NCBI RefSeq assembly: GCF_009914755.1
Contig: NC_060930.1
Source of the DNA: the human T2T-CHM13v2.0 reference genome, Homo sapiens
Strand: one strand, 5' to 3'
Length of the DNA: 64,000 nt
Shown: positions 1 through 12,270 of the stretch, one piece after another
Layout of the letters: each line of letters starts with the position of its first letter
Position numbering within the stretch: position 1 is the stretch's first letter
Notes under the pieces: generated by a model
Told to the model about the DNA's origin: nothing
The model's database searches: none
What the model saw: only the letters and a program-made list of their open reading frames with translations
Translations under genes and position numbers: made by a program

Positions 1-186
1 TTGATGACAACCAGGAATGTTCTGGTTATCGGGAAAACAATTTAAGTGAATTCACTTACATTCTGGTGTATAGATCAGTCACACTAATCTCCCAAGACAA
101 AATGAGCTTTCCATGGCTTTCTGCACCAGCAAAGCTCAAGGCCATTCCTGAGCATGGTGATCCCACATTTATTCTACTTTACATCC

Positions 187-548
187 TGATAAGGTTTTGC
201 TGTGTGTCTCCACCCAAATCTCATCTGGAATTGTAATCCCCACACGTCAAGGGAGGGAACTGGTGGGGGGTGATTGGACCATGGGGGTAGTTTCCCCCAT
301 TCTGTTCTCATGATGGTGAGTTCTCATGAGATCTGATGGTTTTATAAGTGTTTGACAGTTCCTCCTTCACATTTGCTCTCTCTTGCCTGCTGCCATGTAA
401 GGTGTGCCTGCTTCCCCTTCTGCCGTGATTATAAGTTTTCTGAGGCCTCCCCAGCCATGCAGAACTGTGAGTCAACTAACCTTCTTTTCTTTATAAATTA
501 CCCAGTCTCGGGCAGTTCTTTATAGCAGTGTGAGAACAGACTAATACA
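187..548 (+). mobile_element. MaLR solo LTR (MSTA/THE1D-like)
   Basis: Begins TGATA..., ends ...GACTAATACA; typical MST/THE1 body (cccaaatctcat, gagatctgatgg, gaggcctccccagccatg); perfect 5-bp TSD CATCC (182-186/549-553). Confidence 0.92.
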
Positions 549-1429
549 CATCCCATCTACTAAGCTTCTGTTGTAATTTCTACTATTACAAGGTTCTGTA
601 CAATATTACTACTTTATATCTGCATAGAACTTTTGAATACTTTTCAAATTTTTCATTTGTATTTTCTTATTGGAACTTAATAATCACATGGTGAAATAGG
701 CAGAAGAGCTATCATTATCTGCCTTTTTAGTTGAATAATAAATAGGTTAAGTGGCAAATACAGTGGAGAATTATGTGGACTAGCTGTGTACTGGCAGTAC
801 AGATAGATTTTTAAAATAGAGTGAAGTGAAAAAAATGCAAAATAGAATGAGGCTTGTGAATATAGCACAGTTTATGTAAGATAAAAATATGCCCCAAACA
901 ATGTAACATATTTAGAAAGCAGCACAAAAAATTTATAAAAATGAGACATATTAAAAATGGTTTCTTATAATGGTGGAGAGGTGAATGGGAATTGAGAATA
1001 GGAGAAAAATGGGAATAAATAGAGAAAACAAGAAGATTCAAGTGCAGACAAAACTAAGATGATTTGGAATGAACTGAGAAGAGTCGTTTCTTGTTTTTGA
1101 TCGTCGTTTTTGTTTTTAACTCACTAGCTGCATTATTTAAATAGCCAGTGATAGAAACCAGATCTCTAGAATAAAATAAAACAAAAAATTAAATTGTTTT
1201 TCGCCTGTACTTCTTACTATGTACAAAACAATGCAGTAATAGTTGTGCAATGACTGAAATTCCAAAACATAATTTTACCCTTAAAGAACTTAGATCAAGT
1301 TTGAGACAAAACATTTAATTGTAAAAAGTATTCATAAAATATAATAGTAGATTGAAATAATAGTTTATGTTAACTACATAATTGATGCCTCAATGATTAG
1401 GTATGTAAATGACTTAATCTAGCAACAAT

Positions 1430-2530
1430 TACTGCATATCATTCATGAAAATATCAGTTATGTGCCAGATTTAAGATCCATCAGTTTACAAAATAGAAAT
1501 TTCTTACCTCATGAAGCTTATATTTTATCCTGGGGTGTGAGTCTATAAGTAATGAACATAATGAATAAGCAAAATGTTAGATAAAAAATACTAGGACATA
1601 GTAAATGCTTTAGGAAAAATAGAGCAGTATAGAGGAGTTTAGAATACGGAATGTGGAGGTTTGAGGTACAAAATTTTAAATTAGATACTTAGAGTAGATC
1701 CAGCAAGAAAGTGACATTTGAACAAAGACTTGAAGAAAGTGAGGCAGGGAACCATGTGGATATCTGTGAAAATAGTATCCCAGGCCATAAAGTGAGGTGG
1801 TGAAAACTGTAGGTAGAATTGTTTTGGGAAAAATCAGACATTCAGTTTTGGATAAGTTTATTTTGAGATGACTGTTAGAAATCTGTGTTAGTCTGTTTTC
1901 ACACTGCTATAAAGAATTCCCAAGACTAGGTAATTTACAAAGAAAAGAGGTTGAATTGACTCACAGTTCTGCATGACTGGGAAGGCATCAGGAAACTTAC
2001 AATCATGGCAGAAGGGGAAGGGGAAGCAAAGGCCTTCTTCACATGGCAGCAGAAGAAAGAAGAAAAAGTGAAGGGGGAACAGTCAAACACTTATGAAACC
2101 ATCAGATCTCATGAGAACTCACTCAGCATCATGAGAACAGCATTGGGGAAACCAACCCCATGATCCAATCACCTCCCACTAGGTCCCTCCCTTGACACAT
2201 GGAGATTAAAATTTAAGATGAGATTTGGGTGGGGACACAGAGCCAAACCACATCAACATCCAAATGGAGATGTGGCTTACGCAGTGATTATATAAATCGA
2301 GATTTCAGGAGAGATGTCTAGGGTAGGGATACAACTTTGGAGTCTTTGACATTTATATTAATTTTCAAGCCATGCTGTTATGTGAACTATCTAATGGAGT
2401 GTGTGTAGCTAGAATGAAACAAAAGCAAATGTAGTGTTCTGGAGGCAAAATAAAGTGTTGGAACAAGGAAGTGATTAATGGAGTCAAATGCCACTGGTCT
2501 AGAAATGACAGGATAATGACATTAAGATGA
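1430..2530 (+). mobile_element. LINE L2 3' region, interrupted by a MaLR LTR
   Basis: L2-like motifs (aaagtgacatttgaacaaagacttgaag; tttgagatgactgttaga[LTR]catccaaatggagatg). Boundaries approximate. Confidence 0.6.
1884..2255 (-). mobile_element. MaLR solo LTR (MSTA/THE1D-like)
   Basis: Reverse complement of the same LTR type as 187-548; TSD AAATC/ACATC (1 mismatch). Confidence 0.92.
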
Positions 2531-2599
2531 GAACTTTTAAAAAAGGTATTATAAATATACTTACAGATTGATAGTAAAACTTGTACATATGAGATGATA

Positions 2600-2865
2600 A
2601 ATAAAAGATATGATCAAATTTGCCAACTAGAATTTATAGAGATGAAAAATAGTTTATTTTTAAGAATTGACTGAGATTTCACAGCATATAAAGTGCTCTG
2701 CAAAATAAAAGAACATTGAACTTGAATATATAACAATAGTACTATTAAAAATGAAAAAAGAAGAAATTGATAGAAAAAAATTGAATAGACCCTCAGTGAC
2801 CCATGAGACAATATCCACTGGTCCAGTACACGTGAAATTGGAGTCCTAGGCGGGGAGGGGAGATA
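2600..2865 (+). mobile_element. Old L1 (L1M) ORF1 fragment
   Basis: A-rich sequence with L1 ORF1-like motif 'cctcagtgacccatgagacaatatc...gaaattggagtcc'. Confidence 0.5.
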
Positions 2866-3877
2866 TTTCTACTAGTTTCCCATCCTAGTTAGAGGCTCTT
2901 GAAGGCTTTTTTGTGGAGTCATTTTCAGGAATGAATTACACACCATTCTGTTATGCCCTCCAACTTCAAAGGATTCCTCTTAGGCTCCCTAAGTGTGTAC
3001 TTGGAACCCTCTCACCAGGTTTCAGATGGTGTAAGGAAGACTTACACACTGAGAATTTTCTCGAAAGAATGCTTTCTACTGCCTTCATCTCAAGGTTTTT
3101 ATTGCCTCGAGGTGGCTTGAAGGTTGCATAACCTGTTTTTAACCACCTCAATTCCCAGTCCAGCACAGGTGGTCTAGCAGTGCACCTTGTAATGCAAGAG
3201 TATTTATACTCACTGTTTTGCTCTAAGCTTTTTGAGACAATTTCCACAATCTTAACATAATTTTAAGCTTAAGTATAATTTTGCTAAATCCTAAACAATT
3301 CCTTGTTCTCACGTTAGGAAGATTTCTAGAATTAAACCAACTCTTTTAAGTTCCTGAGGTACCCTTATTAATGTTGTAAATGTGCTTTACAATTCTTATA
3401 AAATGTGATGTGATGTAAATACAAAGTCATAATAATAGTTGAGCATAATCTTATGGGATCTGCATGAACAACTTTGATGATTACTGAAAGTCAACATGAA
3501 TTGATCAATCCTTGTGAATATAATGCGACTGTTTCAGATGTTTTCAAAGCTACAATTGCCTGTAATCTTTTGCTTCAATTTTTATCACGAGAAAATGACC
3601 TTCCAGGCTCTACCTTCCATCATGTACTTCTTTTACCTTCAGACTTTTGTTCCTACACTACTTCTTTGTCTTAAATAACTTTCCTCAAGTTTATTTTTCT
3701 AAATGGTCAAATATTGCCCATTATTCAAGTTTAGGTTTCAGTTATATGTCTTACTATTTTTTTTTTCAGATTTCTCTATTTGTAGTTTTTCTTTTTCTTT
3801 GAATTGCTATAAAGCTTCTACTTTGAACTATGGAACTTGGCCCTTACTATGAGTTATGACATATTGTTATGTTTCTT

Positions 3878-4381
3878 TTTTTGAAAGCCTATGAGTTTTT
3901 TTTTAATTTTTAAAAATTTTGATAGCTTTTGGAACACAAGTGGTTTGCAGGTACATAGATGAATTATATAGAAGTGAATTATGAGATTTTTGTGCACCCA
4001 TCCCCTGAATGGTGTACGTCGTACCCAATATGTAGTCTTTTATCCCACACCTCTATCCCATCCTCCCCCTTCTGAATCTCCAAAGTCTATTATATCACTC
4101 TGTATGCTTTTGTGGACCCATAGCTTAGCTCCCACTTATAAGTGAGAACATACTGTACTTGAGTTTCCATTCCTGAGTTACTTCACTTAGAATAATGGCC
4201 TCCAGTTCCATCCAAGTTGCTACAAAAGTCATGATTTCACTCCTTTTTATGGTTGAGTAGTATTCCATAGTGTATATATAGTACATTTTTTTTGATCCAC
4301 TCATCGGTCGATGGGCACTTAGGTTGGTTCCACATCTTTGCAATTGTGAATTGTGTAGCAATAAACATATATGTGCATGTG
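3878..4381 (-). mobile_element. 5'-truncated L1 (L1PB-like 3' end)
   Basis: ORF 4125-4361 contains the L1 ORF2 C-terminus (YTMEYY...WMELEAIILSEVTQE...MFSLISGS); L1PB-type 3' UTR; 13-bp TSD TGTTATGTTTCTT (3865-3877/4380-4392). Confidence 0.9.
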
Positions 4382-4646
4382 TTATGTTTCTTGAGTTTAA
4401 TTATACAGATGCTCCAGAGCTGGGTGAGTAGACAATATACAGTGGCAAATTGTTGTCAATGGAGATGGTGGGCTGGAAGCTCAGAGACCTTTCCACTGGA
4501 TGACATCCTTATTTTGATGAATTCATCACTGGTTAGCTTTCTCTCCTTCCTCCACTCTCATCTTACAGTATCAGAAATCTGATTTTTTTTTTATTATACA
4601 AAGAATGAATCCATCTCTCAAGAATGATTTCAAATTAAATGAGCTT

Positions 4647-5029
4647 TGATATTATTTGGCTCTGTGTTCCCACCCAAATCTCAGGTCGAATTGTAATCCC
4701 CACATGCTGGAGGAGAGGCCTGGTGGGGCGTGATTAAATCATGGAGGTGGATTTCTCCTTTGCTATTTTCATGATAGAGAGTGAATTCTCATGCAATCTG
4801 GTCGTTTGAAAGTGTGTAGCCCTTCTCCCTTCTCTATCTTTCACTCTCTCTCCTGCCACCATTTGAAGATGTGCTTGTTTCCTCTTCTGCCATGACTGTA
4901 ACTTTCCTGAGGCCTCCCAAGCCATGCCTCCTGTACAGCCTGTGGAACTGTGAGTCAATTAAACCTTTTCTTTATAAATTACACAGTCTCAGGTAGTTCT
5001 TTATAGCAGTGTGAGAACGAACTAATACA
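4647..5029 (+). mobile_element. MaLR solo LTR (MSTA-like)
   Basis: TGATA...CTAATACA termini; perfect TSD AGCTT (4642-4646/5030-5034). Confidence 0.92.
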
Positions 5030-6489
5030 AGCTTCCAAAGACTGTTGCATGAATCGATACTTATATACTACTTTACAAAGAATTATAAAAGCCAAGAGGA
5101 TTGTGCGATTATATTTTCTGACTTACAAATTCTTTCCCTGAAAAGATAGGCAAGGAGCCAAGTTATAATTAGAAGGAAGCTTGGTATATGTGAGATCCCA
5201 ATGAGCTAGGTGAATCTACTTAATTTTAATATTTTGTGAATTAGGCTAAGAAAGCCTGATGCATCCATTTCTACAGCTAAGGGCTGCTAACTGGGCCAGG
5301 CTATTCTGGTCTTTGAGTCAAAGTTATCTATTTCCTGCACAGTTAGGATAATACTGTTGGTTTTTGCCTCAGTAATATTCATTTTTATATCATATCTGGG
5401 CTCAGAGAAACAATCTTACTTTAGATAATACAGTCAGTTAGGTACCAATTAAGTTTTGCAGGCCTTGGAGATATTCATTGTTTTTAAGGTGAATGCTATA
5501 GCTCTAATCCATTGTGTACTGATTTCAGAATTTAATGATTTCCTTATTCATCAAATTTTGAGTGTATATCACTCTTTATCACAGCAGCTTCTTCAATGTC
5601 ATTTTTCTTCCCAGGTTATAAATGACTAAGTGTAGAAGCACATCCTATAGAAGTTGGATCTCTCTTGAATACCTACCACAGTTTAAGGTCTTTGATAAAC
5701 AATTAATACATCTATATTTGATTAACAATTAAAAATATTGACCCTCAATTTTTTAAATTTTAGTTGAGTATCTTCTCTATACATGAAGTATTCTCCAGTC
5801 ACATCCATGATTGAATCTTGAACCTTCCTAATTTATTACAAAATTTTCCTTCTAAACACCCTCAGTCGTGTCTCTTACATAATGTAGAAAATAGCTCTTT
5901 TTCTGTTACTCACTGTTTCTATAAACCTGGAATAAAATTTTACCCTTCCAGCTCCATACTATCCTTCATCCTCTACTTCCAGACAACACTCTATTTTGTG
6001 GATCTACCTTCTTTTAAATCCCATTTTATAAAGGAAATCTACCAAGTATACATACTGAACTTTATATATAATGATGTAATTTCTCCTGTCTTTGTTGACT
6101 GTATTTATTTTCATTTCTAATGGGGAAAAGAGTAATGTTTAAAAAGTAAGAAAAACTGAAAACTGGAAACAACATGGTAAAATACTTGTAATGTTTGATT
6201 TCTCTTTTTGTCTGTTTTTCTCTTTCTCATTACCCATGTGGGCATAAGCTAAATTATACATGTATGTGTACAAAACAGTAAATTCAGTGTAGACTATAAA
6301 CATTATAATTATTGTGCATAAACAAATGTGTGTATATAATATATATAAAAGTTTTGTGAGATTTGCAAATCACCATACACCTTAATAGTAATTATTCTCT
6401 TATGATTAATATACACTATAGTAGAACTTGTTAATGTAGATAAGTATAAAGTACTTAGAAAAGAGGAATAGCACAAGAAAATATAAAAC

Positions 6490-7950
6490 AAAAGCTATAA
6501 GATTTTCTACTTTTCCCTTCTATCCCCTGTCTATGATATCTCCTCCAAGGAAAACCACTGTTAATAACTTTTTGTTTTTCTTCCAGAAAACTCTGTGTAC
6601 TGTTCTGAACCTTGTAGCTTAATTTGTGGCATTGTAGTTGTATGAATGTTTTTCTTGTGGTAATTTGGAAGGTGTATAATTTGCTTTTAGTTCTCCTAGC
6701 AGTTACCTTTATGCCATTATTTAATACATCTAATGTCTTTTATTGTTTTACCTACTGTAGATGGACGCTACTGCCTCCCTTCTAGGAAAAAATGAGAATA
6801 TTATTAAACGGTGTCTCCCTCAGTTTCCATTTCCACTTCTGGCTCACATTTTAACTTACTCTATCATGTCATCCCATTTATAGCTCTAAATAATGTATGC
6901 AGCCCTTTCTCTCTTGATTACCTTATTTTAATATTTCTTATTGAGTCCCTAAAAATGAACATGAGGAAATAAACCACGATGAAGAAATTAAAGCACTTTT
7001 AAGTATTTTCATTTTCATTCTCTCCTCATAGTAAAACTTGATTTTTAATAAATATTTTCAAGATATATGTTAACTTTTGTATCCATCGTTGACACTTTAG
7101 GCATAGTGCTTTCAAAAATAAAAGTCCAGTGTTTCCCACTAATCCTTGTAGCACGGTTTCTTCTTCATTTTTTTGGTTGGTTCAATTCCACTGCAGATTT
7201 ATTAAGGTCTGGGTCATGCTTGCTGTATTTCCTGAGATATTTCATATTTGAGAATATTTGCCTGTTAGCATATTATTAAATGACGAGTTAATAATGACGA
7301 GGTCAAATTTTCCTTATTTTGAGACTTACTGGATACTGTTTTGATTTCTTTTGATTCTGCCTGCTCTGAAGAAATCATAAGTCTGTTTGATTTTCTCTGC
7401 CTTGTAAGAAATCTCCTCCCTTTCCTCCAAGATGCCCGTAGAATTATTTCCTATTATTTTAAGTTTAATAACAATCAGTAGATATCTGGGTAGCAATGCT
7501 TTTGTGTCATTAACTTCTCAAACTTGAAGCCTGTTTTAATCTGCAGCTTTCTTATTTTGAGAAAAATTTCTTTTTATTTTGGAATACATTTTGTTTCATT
7601 ATGGGGCTCTTTAGGGTCACTTACAAATTTTAAAAAATACAGCTAATTAAAATATAATTAGGCTTATATTTTATTTTTATCTGAACTTTACATCTATAAA
7701 CTTCTGTATAATTACTTTGTTTCTTTTTTAATCTATGTTCTCTATAATTACTTAATGCATTTGTATTATTCAATATTTTCTTTTTAGCTTTGTTTCTTTT
7801 GTTTTTTGCTGTTTCTAATTTATTTATCATTTAGATAGTGATTTTGTTTTGATACTCTTTTTTTAACTACTCCAAAATCTTCTTTTTAGAAAACATCATT
7901 TTTTTGTTTCATAATTTTTCTTTTACATGATGAAGCACACATGACAATTT
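6490..7950 (-). mobile_element. Highly diverged L1 (L1ME/HAL1-like) fragments
   Basis: T-rich strand bias with L1ME-type motifs (aaccactgttaataactttttg; atatttcatatttgagaatatttg). Degenerate. Confidence 0.4.
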
Positions 7951-10557
7951 TTTGAGCAAGATTAATGATTTAATGTGAAAGACAAAGAATTTTGTTTTAA
8001 ATTATTTTAAAAGGATAGCATTTGATACTAAGTTGGGTGAAAGATGGCTGGAGAGCATATTGAAAGAAGACATATATTTGTGAATATTAGACAAGAAGCT
8101 TTCAAAAATGGTATTATGGTAATAATCTTCATCTAACATCTTAATTTCATTGGCATGTAATAGGAGGTTTGTAATTATTAGCTCCCTTTCCTTTTTTCCT
8201 TCTTTTCCTTTTTCCCTTCTTTTCCTTTTCTGATTTTCACTTCTCTTCAGTATTGTCATAATTTTGACTGGCTTTGGTTGAAGGAGGTGATAAAGCTCTA
8301 TGCAAACTAAAATGCTCTAGTTTGGAGATTTTCATGTCTTTCTAATAAAGCCACTGATTGAGTGCTGAACCCTGTGAATTCAACTGTCCAAGCTAGGAAA
8401 AAAATTGTATGTTCAAAATTTATTATGATAAGAAATGTTTATTTGTTAAATGAATTTTATTGATGTATAACATGGCATATATGTATCATGTTAATTGAAA
8501 TACTAATGCCTTCAATTTAACAATACTCAACAATTTGTAATAGATATTCATGACTCTCATTAATCTTAGATGAAAAAACTGTTAAAATTAGGAAAAATAT
8601 TTACGCTTTTTGCCATCTGGGAAGTTATGGCACTAAATAGCCTCATAATGACTGATAAGAGGTTATGGGAGATATTAAGACCTTGATCATTAGCTTATAG
8701 TTGAAACTGTGTTATAATGAATTATTTCCCATGGCTGTCTTAAATTATGAACCATATTGATGCTCTAGAGATGTTTTACAAGATTGGTTGATGTCCATGT
8801 AAAGCATATAAATAGTTCAATAATCCATTGCAAGTTCATTAGGTAGCCTGAGGATCAATAATATTATTGTATTGCCAAATGAATAAACTGTCCCACTTAG
8901 ACTGGCCATCCATTCCTCAAACCAGCAGACAGACAGCCAAGACACATAAGATAAAGCTTGCTTTGGGTATTAAAATCAATGACGTTCATTTAATAAAATA
9001 CACTTTTCCTGAGTTTAAAAAAGTAATCTTAAAATAATGAAATTACCAAAACCCTTTATTGATTTCACTTTGAGTTAAAAACCAAGATATTAAGAAAATA
9101 CAGAGTTCAAAAAATTGTGACATTATTTTATTGACTGACTTGTTTTTAAATTACTGTTTTTCCTCAACCCAGCATAATGGATGTCTCAATAGATTACTTA
9201 GAAAAATAAATACTCCTAGCTGAATGGCTGTTGGTACGAATCCAAGTTAAAAATATGATTGAGCATCAACCAATACTTTATTTTAGATCATAAACATGGC
9301 CATTTCTATCTCTAGATTTAATACACTTATTGATATGAATGCTAAAACATCATGAATTATTGAAGTATTAAATAAATCAACTCTATTTCAACATATGTTG
9401 CTTAAATAATCTTATACTACTGGCCTATTTAAATAGGTTGTGAAGTCATTCTCACCAAGAACGTGAGGGATTAATTTAGAAGCATTAGAGACAGATAGAC
9501 TATCTTAAAATGTTACAGTGTAAAAAGACAGTAGAGTACACCTGTATATTAACTGGTTTACTGGTTTATTCTGGAAAGTAGACACTACATGGTCCTTTCA
9601 CATTATATCTGTATTAGAGGCTGGTTGGGAAGAAGAAAAAGAAAGAGCAGTTTATGTAAATTCAAAACTTACGGCAATGAGTAAGCAGGGTGAAAGCAAA
9701 TGTACTAACCTATACAGATGTGGAGATTCTTCTATTAAAATAAAAAATAATTTTCTAGAGATAGGAAACTAATTAGTCTTCAGAACACAACTTTAAAAAA
9801 GAATTGGCAGTTTATAGTCCATTATCATGGGAAAGTGAACTAATTTATTAGTGGCTCAATGTTTCTTTTCATAATTTACACTTCTCAGAATGTCTGAAGT
9901 GGTTAATAATGTCTACTCTGTGTCATACAGTCTGGGCAAAAATCTTGGTTGCATTATAATGAATAAAAATTATCTCATATTATTGAAACTTGAGACAAAA
10001 TGCTGATTGCTTGAAACTTTGATATTATTCTAGAGCATTTTCTATTTGCTCATTTGCATGAAAGAGACTTTTTCTAGTCATAAATCATTCATCCTCAAAA
10101 GATATTAGGAAATAAAATGTGTAGCACAGCATTTTTGAATAATAATAAACAGTAGAGATGTTAATAATTTGCAGTCATCACGGTTAGAAATTAACATACA
10201 GAATAGTATAAGATGTTATGATTTTGGAGCCTGATAGAGAAAATCAAAGGTGTTAAAGGTATAACTTCTTACTCTGTAGAAATGTAGCCTGTTTTACACA
10301 TAATCTAGTATCTCATTTAGGTATTCCTTTCCCGTTTGACTATGTCCCTGAAACATTCTTCTACTCAGACCTTTTATCTTTCCTATCATTTCCTTTACTA
10401 ATGAGATAAATAAAACTTTGACATGATTGAAAATCTTTTTAAAAACAAATTATCAGAAGCCTTAAGAAATGTTTAAAAAGTAGTTGCCATTGACTTGTGA
10501 CATACAGAGAAAGCAATCAGAGTACTGCCCTGAGAATCTCCCACCGCAAATACCCAT

Positions 10558-11023
10558 GGTTTCTGTTTCCCGGGGCTGTCAGTGACAAAGTACCACAAAC
10601 ATGGTGGCTTAAAAACAATAGAAATGTATTCTCCCACTGTCCTAGAGCCTAGAAGTCCAAAATCAAGGAGTCAATAGGGCCATGCTATCTCTGAAGGCTG
10701 TAGCGGGGGCTCCTTTCTTGTCCCTTCCCAGCTTCTGGTATTGCTGGCAGTCCTTGGTGTTTCTGGGTTTGCAGAGCCATCACTCCAGACTCCGACTGTT
10801 GTCACACAATGTTCTCCCTGTGTGTCTGATGCCTTGCATTCTAATTTCCCTCTTCTTGTAAGGAAGCTAGATGCTAGATTAGGACCAACTCTATTCTGGC
10901 GTGAGCTCATATTAACTTGATTACATATGCCAAGACGCTATTTCCAAATAAGGTCACATTCACAGGTTGTGGGGAGTTAGAACTTTAACATCTCTTTTAA
11001 GGGGACATAATTCAGTCTACAAT
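10558..11023 (-). mobile_element. MaLR solo LTR (MLT1C-like)
   Basis: MLT1 motifs: acaaagtaccacaaac..ggtggcttaaa, agaagtccaaaatcaagg, tttccaaataaggtcacattcacagg, ggggacataattca. Confidence 0.85.
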
Positions 11024-11029
11024 GCCCAG

Positions 11030-11968
11030 CTATTTACACTTGAGCTTATGCATTGTTTCTCCTTCTGTTATTCTGGATGAACTGTGCTTTGTTCCTAACT
11101 AAATCTAAGCACTCTACTTGTGTATTATATTAGATCCCATCCTCTCTGGCCTATTCAATGACACGTATATAAAATATTTCAATCTATGTCTTGTATCACA
11201 AGTTTTTCTCTCTTAACTGGATCAGCACCACTGGCATACAAACATGTGAAATCTTTCCCATTTTAAAAACAAACAAAAACAACCCCCTTATATTACTCCA
11301 CATTTCCCTCTCTTTGTTCTCTTTTACAGCAAGACACTATAATTGAGTTTTCTGTACTTCCTTTATTTAATTCTTCTTTTATTCTTTCTCTCTACCATTG
11401 TCAAGGTTAAAAGTGACCTATATAGTGCAAAATTCAATGGATAATTCTTGGTCTTCATCCTACTTTGAAATGGTTAATCATTGCTTCCTCCTAGAAATGC
11501 TATTTTTCTCTGTCTTCAAGACACCACAGTTGTCCCTCTTCCTCCTGATATCTCTAATTACCTCTTTTAGTATGCTCCTTCTCATCTCCCTAGCTGCTAC
11601 ATGTCTGAATGCCCTTGGGCTCAGTTTTGTTTCTTGTAGCTTTTCTAATGACATGAATTCCCAAAGCAATCTCATCCAATTTCATGGCTTTAAATATCTG
11701 AAATCTTAAAACCTTTAACTATTTGTGCAAAGGCTTTCCAAGTTTATATCACCAACTGAGCTGCTCTTCAGAGTTTTGGACTTGTGCATCTGAAAGACTT
11801 CATGACATCTTTGATGTTAATATTTTATATATTAATATTTTTACACTCTGCTTCCTCCTACTAGAATGTAAATCTAATGAGAGTAAAAAATTTGTCCATT
11901 TGTTATATTATCTTGAAAGGTATCCGATGGGCATTGTGAGTGCTCAAAAAATATGAGTAACTTACTGA
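11030..11968 (-). mobile_element. LINE L2 fragment
   Basis: L2 motifs (ctggatgaactgt, tagatcccatcctctc, tcattgcttcctcctagaaatgc, ctcatccaatttcatggctttaaata, ctagaatgtaa, gtgctcaaaaaatat). Confidence 0.7.
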
Positions 11969-11976
11969 AGGAACGA

Positions 11977-12270
11977 TTTTTTTTTTGTTGTTTTTTGAGA
12001 CTCTGTCGCCCAGGCTGGAGTGCAGTGGCGCCATCTAGGCTCACTACAAGCTCCGCCTCCCGGGTTCACGCCATTCTCCTGCCTCAGCCTCCGGAGTAGC
12101 TGGGACTACAGGCGTCCGCCATCAAGCCCGGCTAATTTTTGTGTATTTTTTTGGTAGAGACGGGGTTTCACCGTGTTAGCCAGGATGGTCTCGATCTCCT
12201 GACCTCGTGATCCGCGTGCCTCGGCCTCCCAAACTGCTGGGATTACAGGCGTGAGCCACCGCGCCCAGCC
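11977..12270 (-). mobile_element. AluY
   Basis: AluY diagnostics (aagctccgcctcccgggttcacgccattc; ttagccaggatggtctcgatctcctgacctcgtgatcc); most CpGs retained; TSD GGAA(C/T)GATTTTT. Confidence 0.95.

Noticed and set aside
182-2261. Two related MaLR LTRs in inverted orientation, both at ACATCC-like sites, as ends of one composite element
   Set aside because: Each has its own 5-bp TSD and the sequence between is not MaLR internal; they are independent solo LTRs and the site similarity is plausibly chance.
2870-3330. GC-richer segment with 73- and 93-codon ORFs, possibly an ancient LTR
   Set aside because: I could not assign termini, a TSD or a family from sequence alone.
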